A stretch of 64,000 nucleotides of DNA from Chloroflexota bacterium (lineage in GTDB: Bacteria > Chloroflexota > Dehalococcoidia > Lucifugimonadales > JADFKI01), in contig JAQBUT010000014.1 of the NCBI GenBank assembly GCA_027623195.1, positions 1-64,000 of the forward strand, read 5' to 3'. Position 1 is the first letter of the stretch, and every line of letters begins with the position of its first letter. The position numbers were made by a program, and so were the translations under genes. Below, in pieces: positions 50,007 to 61,038 of this stretch. The notes below the pieces were generated by a model that saw only the letters and a list, made by a program, of their open reading frames with translations, was not told the origin of the DNA and made no database searches.

Positions 50007-51260
50007 TTATTCGGAGTCCCAGAGCTTGAAAAGATCCCTAGCGGCCAGCAAATGGGACTTGTCTACGCCCCGTTTGAGAGCTGAGGTGGGGTCGTGCAAA
50101 AGCCTATTCACGATGGATTTCGTTAGAGCATCGACGGCGCTCATCTGATCCTCAGAGAGTCCTTCTAATTTGGACACCGCTCTGGACATCTCTTTCTGGC
50201 GAATATGTTCTGCCTGCTTTCGGAGGGCCCGTATAGTAGGCAGAACATCCAGCGTGTCCCACCAGGTCATGAACTTGGCCACCTCTTCGGCAACGACCTT
50301 CTCTGCTTCGACTGCGGCCCGCTTGCGCTCCTCGAGGTTCTCCTCTGCGATGGCGGAAAGGTCGTCGATATTGAAAAGGTTTACGTCCCGCATTGATGAA
50401 ACGGCCGGGTCCACATCCCTGGGTACTGCCAGGTCAAACAGAAACAGAGGGGCTTCCCTGTTTCCGGAAAATGCCTGACTAACCATGTCCTGAGTAACGA
50501 TGAAGCTTGGAGAGTCGGTTGCAGAGATGGCTATGTCCGCCTGACTGAGGCTGTCCGTTATCTCATCAAAGGGAATAGTCCGGCCATTCAGGTACTCCGC
50601 AAGCTCCTCGGCCCGCTCCAGCGTACGATTGGCGACCATCACGTCGGCGACACCGGATGTTCGCAGAGCGCTAGCCACTAGTCTGCCGGCCTCTCCCGCA
50701 CCAATAAGCAACACTCTGGAGGATTCCAGTTTGCCTAAAGTGCGCTGCGCCAGCTTTACACCAGCGTAGCTTATGGACAACGGGTTTCGACCCACGGAGG
50801 TCTCTTCCCGTACACGTCGACCAGTCTGGATAGCAGAGTGGAACAGCCCCAGGGTTGAGACTTCCACCGACTGGGCCTCTGAGGCGGAGCTTAACGAGTC
50901 CCGCACCTGGCCCAATATCTGCGATTCGCCAACGATCATAGAGTCCAACCCACCGGCTACTCTAAATAAATGGTGTACGGCGTCCGCCCCAGTGTAGTCA
51001 TAGAAATGCGGCGAGACAGCATCCCGTGAGAGGCCATGAAATTCCGTAACGTAGGCGTGTACCTTTGCTGCGGTTTTGGAGGGGTCTGCCGTTATAGCGT
51101 AAATCTCCGTCCTGTTGCAGGTGGAGAGAATTACGCATTCCCCGACCCTTTCCTTAAGACCGGAAAGGGCGACGGGAAGTTGATCGTTTAGAAATGATAC
51201 GGATTCTCTGACTTCCAGAGGGGCGGTTTTATGGCTAAGACCAACCAGCAATATCTGCAA
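50007..51260 (-). CDS. hemA: Glutamyl-tRNA reductase
   Basis: GLSHKTAP, LSTCNRTE, GLDSMIVGESQILGQ, GAGEAG, DLAVPRD. Confidence 0.97.
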   Translation of the reverse strand: MQILLVGLSHKTAPLEVRESVSFLNDQLPVALSGLKERVGECVILSTCNRTEIYAITADPSKTAAKVHAYVTEFHGLSRDAVSPHFYDYTGADAVHHLFRVAGGLDSMIVGESQILGQVRDSLSSASEAQSVEVSTLGLFHSAIQTGRRVREETSVGRNPLSISYAGVKLAQRTLGKLESSRVLLIGAGEAGRLVASALRTSGVADVMVANRTLERAEELAEYLNGRTIPFDEITDSLSQADIAISATDSPSFIVTQDMVSQAFSGNREAPLFLFDLAVPRDVDPAVSSMRDVNLFNIDDLSAIAEENLEERKRAAVEAEKVVAEEVAKFMTWWDTLDVLPTIRALRKQAEHIRQKEMSRAVSKLEGLSEDQMSAVDALTKSIVNRLLHDPTSALKRGVDKSHLLAARDLFKLWDSE

Positions 51261-51266
51261 GGGCGA

Positions 51267-51458
51267 TTAGCCTTTCATTAATTGCTTATAGTGGGTTCGC
51301 AAGCAGCGAGTGCACAGACTCTGCTTTTTCGCTACCCCATTCTCATGTATGGTCATTTTCTGCACATTCGGAACCCAACGAGTGCGAGTATGACGCTTTG
51401 AATGGCTGACGTTGTTGCCGGATTGCCCGGCCTTGTTGCACCTTTGGCAAACTGCCAT
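51267..51458 (-). CDS. rpmB: 50S ribosomal protein L28
   Basis: CQRC...GNNVSHSKRHTRTRWVPN...CTRCLR. Confidence 0.95.
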   Translation of the reverse strand: MAVCQRCNKAGQSGNNVSHSKRHTRTRWVPNVQKMTIHENGVAKKQSLCTRCLRTHYKQLMKG

Positions 51459-51615
51459 GATCGCACCTTTGACTCATGTATAATGATAAAGAAGAATTGG
51501 GCAGAATCACTTCAAAACTCAATCTTCAGGTCACATTTTGCCCGTATTTTGCCTGCACGAACTATCGTGAATTACATAACAAAGATAGCATACCAATGAA
51601 TAAACGGCAACGCTT

Positions 51616-53286
51616 ATGAACCAATCTTCGAGCCTACATCCGACCTCCCAATCGCTGAACGGCGCAGACCTATTTTCAATGTTTTCCGCAGCCACCAGTG
51701 CGCTAAGGAAACACGCGGAATTAGTGAACCGTTTAAACGTCTACCCGGTGCCGGACGGCGACACAGGAACCAACATGCTTCTGACGCTGGAACGAATGCT
51801 GGTTTCGGCCTCGAGCGCAAATAGCGAATCCGCTTCCCAAGTTGCCGACGCCATGTGGAACGGAGCCCTTCGCGGCTCAGGCGGCAACAGTGGAGTAATA
51901 CTGGCCCAGCTTTTCAAAGGCATGTCCGTGGCGTTCGAAGGCGAAGACAGAATTGGCGCAGTCCACATCGCGAATGCTCTGAAGCAGGGCCGGGACTTTG
52001 CCTATTCAGCCGTCGGTAACCCGGTGGAAGGAACGATGCTCACCGTAATGACAGAGTCTGCCTCCGCTGCGGCAAAAACAGCTGCCAATGCGGAGACCAT
52101 TCTTCAGGTAATTGACGCGACGTGCGATGCGGCGGCTAAGGCCGTGGAGAACACTCCGAACCTACTTGCTAGGCTACGTGAGGCGGGAGTGGTAGACGCT
52201 GGAGGGCTCGGCTACTGGCTGGTCCTGGAAGGCATACGCCTTCACCTCAGCGGCGAGGATGCGTCCACAGGCGCAGTGCTACCTGACTTCGTTGAGATTT
52301 CAGACGCTGCTACAGTTCTAGCCCAGGAGTTCCTCCATTCGACGGAGGACGAAGAGTACGGCAACTGTACCCAATTCACCGTAGAGGGGCCATCGTTAAG
52401 CGTTGATGCCATCATTGCCGCCATGAACGAAATGGCCGCATCTACTGTGGTCGTGGGCGACGGCAACATCGTTAAAGTGCATGTCCACACGGAAACTCCG
52501 GACGAGGTGTTGCAGTACGCCCGCAATCTGGGCGTTGTAGATCAGGTTCGCGTCCAGAATATGAACGACCAGCGACGCGATTATGCCGAGGGTTGGCGTC
52601 AATTGGCAGCTAACGCTAATGAAACGGCACAGGTGCCGATAGCAGTTGTCGCAGTTGCGTGGGGTGACGGCCTGGTGCGTATCTTCCAAGAACATGGCGC
52701 CACCGTGCTAATCGCTGGCGACACCATGAATCCCAGCGTTCAGGAGATAGCCGACGCCGTGGAGGCCGCGCCATCCTCCAACGTGATTTTCCTTCCTAAC
52801 AACCGCAACATACTTCCGGCGGCAGAACAGGCGATAGCCATCACCGAAAAAAACCTCAGGGTGGTTCCTACCGGCAACATCCCGGAGGGAATCGGAGCGC
52901 TCCTCGAATTCGTCCAGACACGGGCCCTGGACGAAAACACTGAAAGCATGACCGAGACAATCTCCAACATACAATGCGCGGAGGTATGCTCAGCGGTACG
53001 CTCGGTGAATCTCGATGGGGTGGAAGCGGCGGAAGGCCAGGTTATAGGCCTTCTCGAAAGAAAAATGGTAGTCTCCGGGGATGACCCTGGGGCAGTGTTG
53101 ATGGAGCTTCTCACCAAGGCAATCACCCCTGAATCAGAGCTGGTGACGCTATATTGGGGCGGCCCCATCCATCAGAAGGAAGCGGAGCTAGCGGCCGAAT
53201 CGGCAAGTGAGCAGTTCGCTGATGTAGATTTCGAGTTGCTCCATGGGGGACAGCCCCACTACCATTTTATAATTTCTGTAGAGTGA
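51616..53286 (+). CDS. fakA: DAK2-domain protein (fatty acid kinase FakA)
   Basis: LNVYPVPDGDTGTNM, GNSGVIL, PVEGTMLT, VDAGG, MNPS, GGQP. Confidence 0.92.
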   Translation: MNQSSSLHPTSQSLNGADLFSMFSAATSALRKHAELVNRLNVYPVPDGDTGTNMLLTLERMLVSASSANSESASQVADAMWNGALRGSGGNSGVILAQLFKGMSVAFEGEDRIGAVHIANALKQGRDFAYSAVGNPVEGTMLTVMTESASAAAKTAANAETILQVIDATCDAAAKAVENTPNLLARLREAGVVDAGGLGYWLVLEGIRLHLSGEDASTGAVLPDFVEISDAATVLAQEFLHSTEDEEYGNCTQFTVEGPSLSVDAIIAAMNEMAASTVVVGDGNIVKVHVHTETPDEVLQYARNLGVVDQVRVQNMNDQRRDYAEGWRQLAANANETAQVPIAVVAVAWGDGLVRIFQEHGATVLIAGDTMNPSVQEIADAVEAAPSSNVIFLPNNRNILPAAEQAIAITEKNLRVVPTGNIPEGIGALLEFVQTRALDENTESMTETISNIQCAEVCSAVRSVNLDGVEAAEGQVIGLLERKMVVSGDDPGAVLMELLTKAITPESELVTLYWGGPIHQKEAELAAESASEQFADVDFELLHGGQPHYHFIISVE

Positions 53287-53289
53287 TTT

Positions 53290-54150
53290 ATGCCAGTCAA
53301 AATCGTTACCGATAGCACGGCAGACATCCCCGGCGATCTAGTCAGCGAGTTTGGAATCGAGGTCGTTCCGCTCAAGGTGCGCTTTGGCACGGAGGAGTTC
53401 TTCGACGGAATTGATCTGCCCAAGGATGAGTTCTATCGACGTCTGATTGATGGCCCAACGCTGCCGACTACTTCCCAACCCTCTGTTGGCGAGTTCGCAG
53501 AGGTCTACCAACGACTGGCGCAAGGCGCCGACGGCATCTTGTCATTTCACCTCTCTGCCAAACTTAGCGGCACTTACAACTCCGCGCGGCAGGCTGCAGA
53601 GCAGGTTTCAGCAGGGGGAACTTCAATTTGCCCAATTGAGGTCGTCGATAGTACACAGACATCAATGACCTTGGGCCTGATGGTTTTGAGATTGGCGCGG
53701 GAAGCCGCTGCCGGTTTGGACATAGGTGAACTCTCGGCCCTAGCCAATGATCTGATCAGCAGATCTGAATTCTTTGTGCTTCTGGATACTCTGGAATACC
53801 TGCAAAAAGGCGGGCGGGTCGGGAAGGCAAGAGCCCTAATAGGGGGCATACTGAAGATCAAGCCAATGATTATCCTTCGTGAAGGCGAGGTTCATGAACT
53901 AGCCAAGGAGCGCACCAGGCGGCGCGGCATCGCCCGCCTCCTTAGCACTGCAGCGGACTTCGGCCCAGTGGAAGATATGGCCGTCCTGCATAGCACCACG
54001 CCCGAGGAGGCCGAATCGCTGGCAAACGAGCTGACCGCCATGATGCCGGAAGGCCGCAAGCCAATCATATCCAGGGCAGGCTCGGTGATAGGCACACACG
54101 CCGGGCCAGGGGCGCTGGGCATTTCGTTACTTAAAACCACAGCCCACTAA
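53290..54150 (+). CDS. fakB: DegV-family fatty acid-binding protein (FakB)
   Basis: VTDSTAD, TSQPS, LSAKLSGTY, L.KGGR, IGTHAGPG. Confidence 0.92.
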   Translation: MPVKIVTDSTADIPGDLVSEFGIEVVPLKVRFGTEEFFDGIDLPKDEFYRRLIDGPTLPTTSQPSVGEFAEVYQRLAQGADGILSFHLSAKLSGTYNSARQAAEQVSAGGTSICPIEVVDSTQTSMTLGLMVLRLAREAAAGLDIGELSALANDLISRSEFFVLLDTLEYLQKGGRVGKARALIGGILKIKPMIILREGEVHELAKERTRRRGIARLLSTAADFGPVEDMAVLHSTTPEEAESLANELTAMMPEGRKPIISRAGSVIGTHAGPGALGISLLKTTAH

Positions 54151-54246
54151 AACCAAAGGGCTAAAATCGACAAGTGCCCTAATATTGGAATATTTTCGTT
54201 AGTATTTGGTACAACACTCGTACCTCTCTTATGTAGAATCTGAGCG

Positions 54247-56712
54247 ATGGCCACCTCATCCAAATCCGCACCAACAACAGGCAAGAACCCCAAACTGGAA
54301 GCCCTCGCCAAAATGCTGTTGCAGGAACGGGACAACGGCTGGCAGGACACCACCGTCATGGGAGGCCTGGACGAGTTTCTGAAACGCTGGGCCAGTGATC
54401 TGACCCCTGCTTTGGGAGAACATCCCTCTTACACAGACCTATCCCCAGAGGAACGTGTCAAGTGGGCGGACGTAGCAATGAAGAAGATGGGCCTTGCCTC
54501 AATAGGCAAGGGGAAATCCACCACCTCCGGAAAATCCCGACCTGCCGCCAAGCCTGCCAGCGATAAGAAGCCGCCCTCGCCGCGAAGTGCCACCGCCAAG
54601 GTAGACCTGGACGACGATATTATGGCGCTGCATTCCGTGACCAAGCGAAACGTCGCCAGGCTCAAGCGTTTGGGAATGAACACGGTCAGAGACCTGGTAT
54701 TCCACTTTCCGCATCGACACAACGACTTCGCCAGGCTACGAAAAGTCGCAGACCTCGTTCCCGGGGAGGATCAGACCGTTTCCGTCACTGTGTGGGAGGC
54801 CACGCAGACCGGCCACCCGAAGCGAAAGTCGACACAGGCAATACTGGGCGACGATACCGGGAATTTCAAGGCTTTGTGGTTCAACCAGCCGTATTTGGCC
54901 AAAACGCTGGCTTCTGGGTCGCAGGTGGTCATAAGCGGGCGTCCTGAGATATACCAAGGACAGATCGTCTTCAAGTCCCCAGAGTACGAGCTGCTTAGAG
55001 GTCAGGAAGAGCTTGTCCACACCGGTAGGCTAGTTCCGGTGTACTTCTCAACCGTAGGACTGCCGCAACGTACATTGCGAAGGGTCGTAAAAGAAGCTGT
55101 CGACTCCTGCTTGGGCCAGGTTCACGAATTCCTGCCACAGGATATGCTAACCAGAGCGGGCTTGATGGGGCTGTCTAAGGCCATCTCACAAATGCATTAC
55201 CCTGACTCGGCATCCGAATTGCAGCCCGCTCGACGTAGGCTGGCCTACGACGAGCTATTCATGCTGCAATTGGCGGTCATAAGCCGCAGGCAAAGCTGGC
55301 AGGAGGCGGGAAGAGCGCTCCCCTTAGATGCTGCCTCCAAGGGCCTGGACGCCTTCTTGAACTCTTTGCCGTACAATTTGACCGGCGCCCAACAAAGGGT
55401 GTTAGGCGAGATTTCGAGCGACATAGCCAAGGACTGGCCCATGAGCAGGCTTATCCAGGGCGACGTGGGCAGCGGCAAAACGGTCGTCGCGACGGCTGCT
55501 CTGCTGGCAGCGGTTTTCAGTGGTCAGCAGGGCGCGTTCATGGCACCGACGGAGATTCTCGCCGAGCAGCACTTCATTACCCTGGCGGCCTTGCTCTCTG
55601 GCTCAGGCGCGGGAGAGGAAGGGCAAAATCCTATCACTATCCCTGCAAACCCACTGCCCAGGCCGGTAACCATAGGCCTTCTGCTGGGCAGCCTGCGCAA
55701 GAAAGACAAAGAGCGTATGCATCAGCTCATCGCTGAGGGGGATGTGGATATTGTCATAGGAACGCAAGCCCTCATTCAGGACGCTGTGGACATTCCGAAT
55801 CTAGCGCTGATAGTGGTGGATGAACAGCACAGGTTCGGGGTAATCCAGCGGGCGTCGCTGCGGGAAAAGGGTGTGCGGCCTCACGTGCTAGCCATGTCGG
55901 CCACCCCCATACCCCGTTCGCTGGCGTTGACGCTGTACGGCGACCTGGACGTGTCGGCCATCGACGAGTTGCCGCCAGGCAGGCAGCCAATCCGCACCAA
56001 ATGGGTGGAGCCCGAGAAACGCAATGCGGCCTATGGCTTCATTCGCAAGCAGGTTGAGGAGGGGAGACAGGCCTTCATCGTCTGCCCGCTTATCGAAGAA
56101 TCGGAATCGGTACAGGCGAGGGCAGCTACTGTGGAGTTCCAGCGCCTCTCAACGATTGTATTCTCGGATCTGCGCTTGGGTCTTCTTCATGGGCGGATTA
56201 GCCTGGCCGAAAAAGAACAGATTATGAATACGTTTAAAGCCGGAGATTTGGATATCCTGGTATCTACGCCTGTCATAGAAGTGGGCATAGATGTGCCTAA
56301 TGCCTCCGTAATGCTAGTGGACGGCTCGGACAGGTTCGGCCTATCTCAATTGCACCAGTTCCGAGGGCGGGTAGGCCGGGGCAAGCACCAGAGCTACTGC
56401 CTTCTCCTGTCAGACTCCCCCGGCGCTGAGGCCCGTGAGCGCCTGAAGATTGTGGAGCGGATTAGCGACGGCTTCCAGCTCGCCGAGGAGGACCTCCGCT
56501 TACGCGGGCCGGGTGATTACCTGGGAACTCGCCAGAGCGGCCTGCCGGACATGAAAGTTGCCCGCATAACTGACCAGGACATCTTGATGTTGGCAAGGCA
56601 AGAGGCAATCCAGCTTCTGGAGGCTGATCCCGACTTGGCAGACGGCAAGCACAAAGCACTTGCCGAAAGATTCCACGAGTATTTCGCAGGCGTTTCCGGT
56701 GAGATGAGCTAA
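54247..56712 (+). CDS. recG: ATP-dependent DNA helicase RecG
   Basis: QGDVGSGKT, DEQHRFG, MSATPIPR, QLHQFRGRVGRG, DL.LRGPG. Confidence 0.97.
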   Translation: MATSSKSAPTTGKNPKLEALAKMLLQERDNGWQDTTVMGGLDEFLKRWASDLTPALGEHPSYTDLSPEERVKWADVAMKKMGLASIGKGKSTTSGKSRPAAKPASDKKPPSPRSATAKVDLDDDIMALHSVTKRNVARLKRLGMNTVRDLVFHFPHRHNDFARLRKVADLVPGEDQTVSVTVWEATQTGHPKRKSTQAILGDDTGNFKALWFNQPYLAKTLASGSQVVISGRPEIYQGQIVFKSPEYELLRGQEELVHTGRLVPVYFSTVGLPQRTLRRVVKEAVDSCLGQVHEFLPQDMLTRAGLMGLSKAISQMHYPDSASELQPARRRLAYDELFMLQLAVISRRQSWQEAGRALPLDAASKGLDAFLNSLPYNLTGAQQRVLGEISSDIAKDWPMSRLIQGDVGSGKTVVATAALLAAVFSGQQGAFMAPTEILAEQHFITLAALLSGSGAGEEGQNPITIPANPLPRPVTIGLLLGSLRKKDKERMHQLIAEGDVDIVIGTQALIQDAVDIPNLALIVVDEQHRFGVIQRASLREKGVRPHVLAMSATPIPRSLALTLYGDLDVSAIDELPPGRQPIRTKWVEPEKRNAAYGFIRKQVEEGRQAFIVCPLIEESESVQARAATVEFQRLSTIVFSDLRLGLLHGRISLAEKEQIMNTFKAGDLDILVSTPVIEVGIDVPNASVMLVDGSDRFGLSQLHQFRGRVGRGKHQSYCLLLSDSPGAEARERLKIVERISDGFQLAEEDLRLRGPGDYLGTRQSGLPDMKVARITDQDILMLARQEAIQLLEADPDLADGKHKALAERFHEYFAGVSGEMS

Positions 56713-56968
56713 TTTTGGATCTCGCCTCACCTCCACGTTCCACTCTCATTTGATTGCTCTTTGCCGCGTATTCAACGAAAATAATAAATGTGCACTTGAA
56801 GTTATCCAGACCCATATATTGCCCTTGCCCATCGAATCGTATTTGACAGGGCTGGGAAGGAACCTTATATTGAGTGCGCCAATTTTTGATTCGTCTAGAA
56901 CTTATCAAATTCTTTCTGCTGGCCCGTGCCTAAACGGGACGCGGACGTTCCGTTAACAGAGGAGGATT

Positions 56969-57397
56969 ATGGGAAAAATAAAGCACATCGCTTTGGCGAC
57001 CCAGGAGCCCGAGAAAACGGCCAATTTTTATAAAGATGTGTTCGGCCTGGAAGAGGTTGGGCGCGTGAGCAACGACAATGCCGAGGGCTATTACCTTAGC
57101 GACGGCAACATAAACATAGCAATTTTACGTTTTAAGAATGAAATATTGGTCGGCGAAAAGTTCGACATCAACTACAGCGGCATACATCACATCGGCTTTC
57201 AGGTAGACGACGCCGAAGCAGCGGACTCGAAATTAAGGAAGGCAGATGCCTTTCCAATGGAGGAGATAAACAGCACGCTGCATGCTGGTATGAGTAGAGG
57301 GCACGGCGGGAAAAACGTTGAACTGAAGTACAACGGCCCCGATGGTGTGATGATCGACATATCGCAAACGGGATGGGTTGGCACCGAAGAAGAGTAA
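56969..57397 (+). CDS. VOC/glyoxalase-family protein
   Basis: IKHIAL, FYKDVFGL, GIHHIGF.V, GPDG..ID; GAGGAGG RBS. Confidence 0.88.
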   Translation: MGKIKHIALATQEPEKTANFYKDVFGLEEVGRVSNDNAEGYYLSDGNINIAILRFKNEILVGEKFDINYSGIHHIGFQVDDAEAADSKLRKADAFPMEEINSTLHAGMSRGHGGKNVELKYNGPDGVMIDISQTGWVGTEEE

Positions 57398-57422
57398 CAG
57401 TCTCGAAATCAAGACAAAAACG

Positions 57423-57452
57423 AAAGGACTCGGCATGTAGCCGAGTCCTTTT
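57423..57452. terminator. Intrinsic terminator after the VOC gene
   Basis: aaaggactcggc/gccgagtccttt stem. Confidence 0.75.
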
Positions 57453-57519
57453 GCATTCGAAAGCATTTTAGCCTAATTGTGGACTTTTTCTTATCCACGG
57501 AGCCGATGGCCAACGGCGG

Positions 57520-58188
57520 TTATTGAGCCTTATTGGCGATCTGCACCAGGCTCTCGGGGCTACCGCCCATTACACTGGATTTAACTATACTGACTAAGGT
57601 GTCGATTTCGTAGGCGTCCCCGATCATTGCCTGCATCCCAGCCTTAAGGTCGATGCCAACCATATCCCCAATGAGACCGGTGTAGCTATGGCAGCCCTCG
57701 CTGCTTGCAGATCCCGTTGAGGAGCACCACGGTATTGAAGGCGAAACCAGCGATGCCTTTGTGACCGCAGGCGCTAGACGAGAGGAATCTAAAATGTCGC
57801 GCGTAGCCGCTACATTAATTCCACTCAAGAGGTACATCATCGTACCCAGCATAACAAGGCCGACGACAATACCGCCAAAAGCGCCCACTGCATGGTCGGC
57901 CGGTCCCATCTTGAACATGGGAAGTGCCCTCGTCAAAGCTATAGAGGCACCCTTAACTAAAGCGAACACGAGGACGGCAATGATGGCAAAGCCCACAAGA
58001 CGCGCCAGTGTATCGCCATTGAGGTGAGGAGAAAGCAGACCGGCCACCTGAGCCTGGTAGTTCAGACCAAGAATAACCCCGAGTACTATACCGCCAATAC
58101 CGGATGCGGGCCTTATTATTCCGCCCCGGAGGCCCACTACGGCTAGCAGCCCTATGGAACCTATAATGATCAGGTCTACTACGTTCAT
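57520..58188 (-). CDS. cvpA: CvpA-family membrane protein with a C-terminal extension
   Basis: MNVVDLII...GLRGG..., DHAVGAFGG.V.G, SRLAP; GGAG RBS. Confidence 0.78.
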   Translation of the reverse strand: MNVVDLIIIGSIGLLAVVGLRGGIIRPASGIGGIVLGVILGLNYQAQVAGLLSPHLNGDTLARLVGFAIIAVLVFALVKGASIALTRALPMFKMGPADHAVGAFGGIVVGLVMLGTMMYLLSGINVAATRDILDSSRLAPAVTKASLVSPSIPWCSSTGSASSEGCHSYTGLIGDMVGIDLKAGMQAMIGDAYEIDTLVSIVKSSVMGGSPESLVQIANKAQ

Positions 58189-58441
58189 ACCCCGCTCCCA
58201 ATACTCCAAACCAACCCAGGTATACGTATTTACTTTGTATAAAGGGGCCAACATATCAAGCCCCAATGCGTTGTTTTGTAATTCGTGTGGGGACAATTGT
58301 GGCAAAGTGTGGGGAAAGCTGGCACAAAGGTCGCAATAGAATGCGGGTGGTTGCTACCCAAGTCTTCTACAAGCGCCAAGGGGGTATCTGCACCCAGACA
58401 TCGTTGGTGGCCAGCCGCCAAGGGTAGTCATAAATGGAGGC

Positions 58442-58473
58442 AAAAAAAGGGCGGGCCTAAATGGCCCGCCCTT
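58442..58473 (-). terminator. Terminator after aconitase
   Basis: aagggcgggcc/ggcccgccctt stem with an A7 tract (U-tract on the minus strand). Confidence 0.8.
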
Positions 58474-58495
58474 ATAACATACGGCTTGTTAACCC

Positions 58496-60775
58496 CTAGT
58501 TGTTCTGGTGGAACAGGTTGAGGGCTGAGCCCAACCTGAACCAGTCCAACTGAGACTCCCCAAACGTGTGATTGAGGTAGAGAACCTCGGAGGTTCCGTC
58601 GGCGTGGGCTATTCTACACTCGACAGGCTTGCCGGGTGCAATATCGGAAAGGCCTACCAGACTAATGCGGTCATCTTCCTGAATTTTGTCGTAATCGGCA
58701 GGATCCGGGAAGGTTAACGCCAGAAGGCCTTGCTTCTTTAGGTTGGATTCGTGGATTCGAGCGAAGCTGCGCACGATAACAGCCGCACCTCCCATAAGCC
58801 TGGGGCAAAGCGCTGCATGCTCTCGGCTGCTGCCCTCACCATAGTTGGCGTCGCCGACGATCACCCACTTCACGCCCTGGGACTGATAATGTCGCGCTAT
58901 CGTGGCAATGGGCTGGGCTGCCTCACCTGTCAGCACGTTCTTACCGACGCCAGTCTCACCGGTGAAGGCATTTATGGCCCCCATGAGGGTGTTCTCGCTG
59001 AATTTGCCAAGATGACCACGGTAGCGAAGCCAAGGGCCCGCAGGAGATATGTGGTCGGTTGTGGTCTTACCCTTGGTCTTCATCACGACGGGCATGCCCT
59101 CGAGGTCATTGCCATCCCAGGCCGGCCAAGGCTGCATAAGTTGGATTCGCTCGCTGTCGGGGGCAACCGCCAATTCGATGCCTGAGCCGTCCGCTGGAGG
59201 CGCTTCGTATGACGAATTTCCCGTTGCAAAGTTACTGGGGGGAACCTCAGGCGCCTTCTTAGGAGGATTCAGCTTGAACTCGGTGCCATCGGCAGCCGTT
59301 AACGAATCCGTAAGCGGATTGAACGAAAGCCGGCCTGCCATGGCCATGGCTGTCACAACCTCCGGACTGCCAATGAAGTTCATCGTGGACGCTGAACCAT
59401 CGTTTCGAGCTGGGAAATTTCGGTTGTAGGAAGTAAGGATGGTGTTGGCATGGTCCGTCTGCTCTTTGGCCCTTCGCCACTGACCTATGCAGGGACCGCA
59501 AGCGTTGGCCAGCACGCTGCCGTCAATATCCCTTAATGAACCCATTTGCCCGTCCCGCTCGATGGTCGCGCGGACCTGCTCGGAGCCAGGGGTCACCATA
59601 AATGGCACCCGGGACTTCAGACCGTGGGCCTTACCCTGCTCTGCCACGTCGGCGGCTCTGCTCATGTCCTCGTAGGAGGAGTTTGTGCAGCTACCGATGA
59701 GCGCTGAGGATATTTCGTCGACAAACCCGTTACTGGGGTCGGAAACTTCCGCTGCCATCTTGGAAATCGGGCGAGCGCGATCCGGCGAGTGCGGACCTAC
59801 CAAGTGCGGCTCTAAAGTAGAGAGGTCTAGCCTAACTACGTTATCGTAATACTTCTCCGGGTCCGCCTCCACCTCTTCGTCAGGAGCGAGCAAATGCTTG
59901 TACTTTTCTGCCAAAGGAACTAGCTCAGCGCGGTTGGTAGCTCTCAGATACTGGCCCATATGGTCGTCGTAAGGGAACATCGACGTGGTTGCGCCTAATT
60001 CGGCTCCCATATTGGTAATCGTAGCCTTGCCCGTAGCGCTGATTGTTCTGGCGCCCGGCCCTATGTACTCGACGATGGCGTTGGTGGCACCGGAAACGGT
60101 TAGCGCGCCAGCCACATACAGGATTACATCCTTGGGTGCCGTCCACCCGCTTAACTCGCCAGTCAGGTACACCGCGATGTGCCTGGGATAAAGAACCTCC
60201 CAAGGCAATCCGGCCATAGTCTCCACAGCATCTGCACCGCCAACACCCACGGAGCATGCTCCCAGGCCACCGGCGTTAGGTGTATGGGAGTCCGTCCCTA
60301 TCATCAGCTCTCCGGGGAATGCGTAATTCTCCAGAGCCACCTGATGGATAATGCCAGCACCCGGTCCCCAGAAACCCGCACCGAATTTGGCCGCTGCGGA
60401 TCGCAAGAAGTCGTAGACTTCGCTGTTCTCTTGTAGAGACTCCTTAAGGTCAACAGAGCCTTCTACCCGAGCCTGAATCAGGTGGTCGCAATGGATGGAC
60501 GTAGCCACAGACAACCTTTCCTTCATTGTCTGCATGAACTGGAGCATTGCAGTTTGGCCGAGTACGTCCTGCAGAAGAACCCGGTCCGGACGAAGGAAGA
60601 GGTAGCTTTCACCTGGAACCATTTCCTGATTTTCAGGATCGTCCAGGTGCCCCAGCATCACCTTGTCCGCCAATGTGAGGGGCTTCCCCAGACGGCCACG
60701 GACGATTTTGAGGTTCGCCTCAATAGTCTCGTAGACTTTTGCCGCCATTTCCGGTGTAGATTCGATTGTTACCAT
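58496..60775 (-). CDS. Aconitate hydratase (mitochondrial-like type)
   Basis: HCDH, GIIHQ, GTDSHT, IGSCTNSS, NACGPCIG, YNRNF, TTDHIS, NYGEGSSREHAA. Confidence 0.95.
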   Translation of the reverse strand: MVTIESTPEMAAKVYETIEANLKIVRGRLGKPLTLADKVMLGHLDDPENQEMVPGESYLFLRPDRVLLQDVLGQTAMLQFMQTMKERLSVATSIHCDHLIQARVEGSVDLKESLQENSEVYDFLRSAAAKFGAGFWGPGAGIIHQVALENYAFPGELMIGTDSHTPNAGGLGACSVGVGGADAVETMAGLPWEVLYPRHIAVYLTGELSGWTAPKDVILYVAGALTVSGATNAIVEYIGPGARTISATGKATITNMGAELGATTSMFPYDDHMGQYLRATNRAELVPLAEKYKHLLAPDEEVEADPEKYYDNVVRLDLSTLEPHLVGPHSPDRARPISKMAAEVSDPSNGFVDEISSALIGSCTNSSYEDMSRAADVAEQGKAHGLKSRVPFMVTPGSEQVRATIERDGQMGSLRDIDGSVLANACGPCIGQWRRAKEQTDHANTILTSYNRNFPARNDGSASTMNFIGSPEVVTAMAMAGRLSFNPLTDSLTAADGTEFKLNPPKKAPEVPPSNFATGNSSYEAPPADGSGIELAVAPDSERIQLMQPWPAWDGNDLEGMPVVMKTKGKTTTDHISPAGPWLRYRGHLGKFSENTLMGAINAFTGETGVGKNVLTGEAAQPIATIARHYQSQGVKWVIVGDANYGEGSSREHAALCPRLMGGAAVIVRSFARIHESNLKKQGLLALTFPDPADYDKIQEDDRISLVGLSDIAPGKPVECRIAHADGTSEVLYLNHTFGESQLDWFRLGSALNLFHQNN

Positions 60776-61038
60776 GCTTTTGATCTCCTTACGTCACATG
60801 CCTAAATGCCAACCCAATTCTTGACCACATGCCTCATGCGTTAACGTCGAAATACCACCCTAATATCAAGGCGAAAAGCCCTTCAATAGAATGGTTACGA
60901 ATTAGAATTGGCCAAAAATAAAGGCCCGGACTTTTTAGGTCGCCCGGGCCTCAAGTTATCTCTAAATGGCATAGGCTTTAAAGGCGAAACATAACGTTTC
61001 ACCCAAAACCAGTCCCTTAACCACCTTTGGCGACGGGC

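Noticed and set aside
57477..57500. DnaA boxes / replication origin
   Set aside because: Only imperfect matches (ttatccacg, ttgtggact) in a short convergent intergenic region; no box cluster or dnaA
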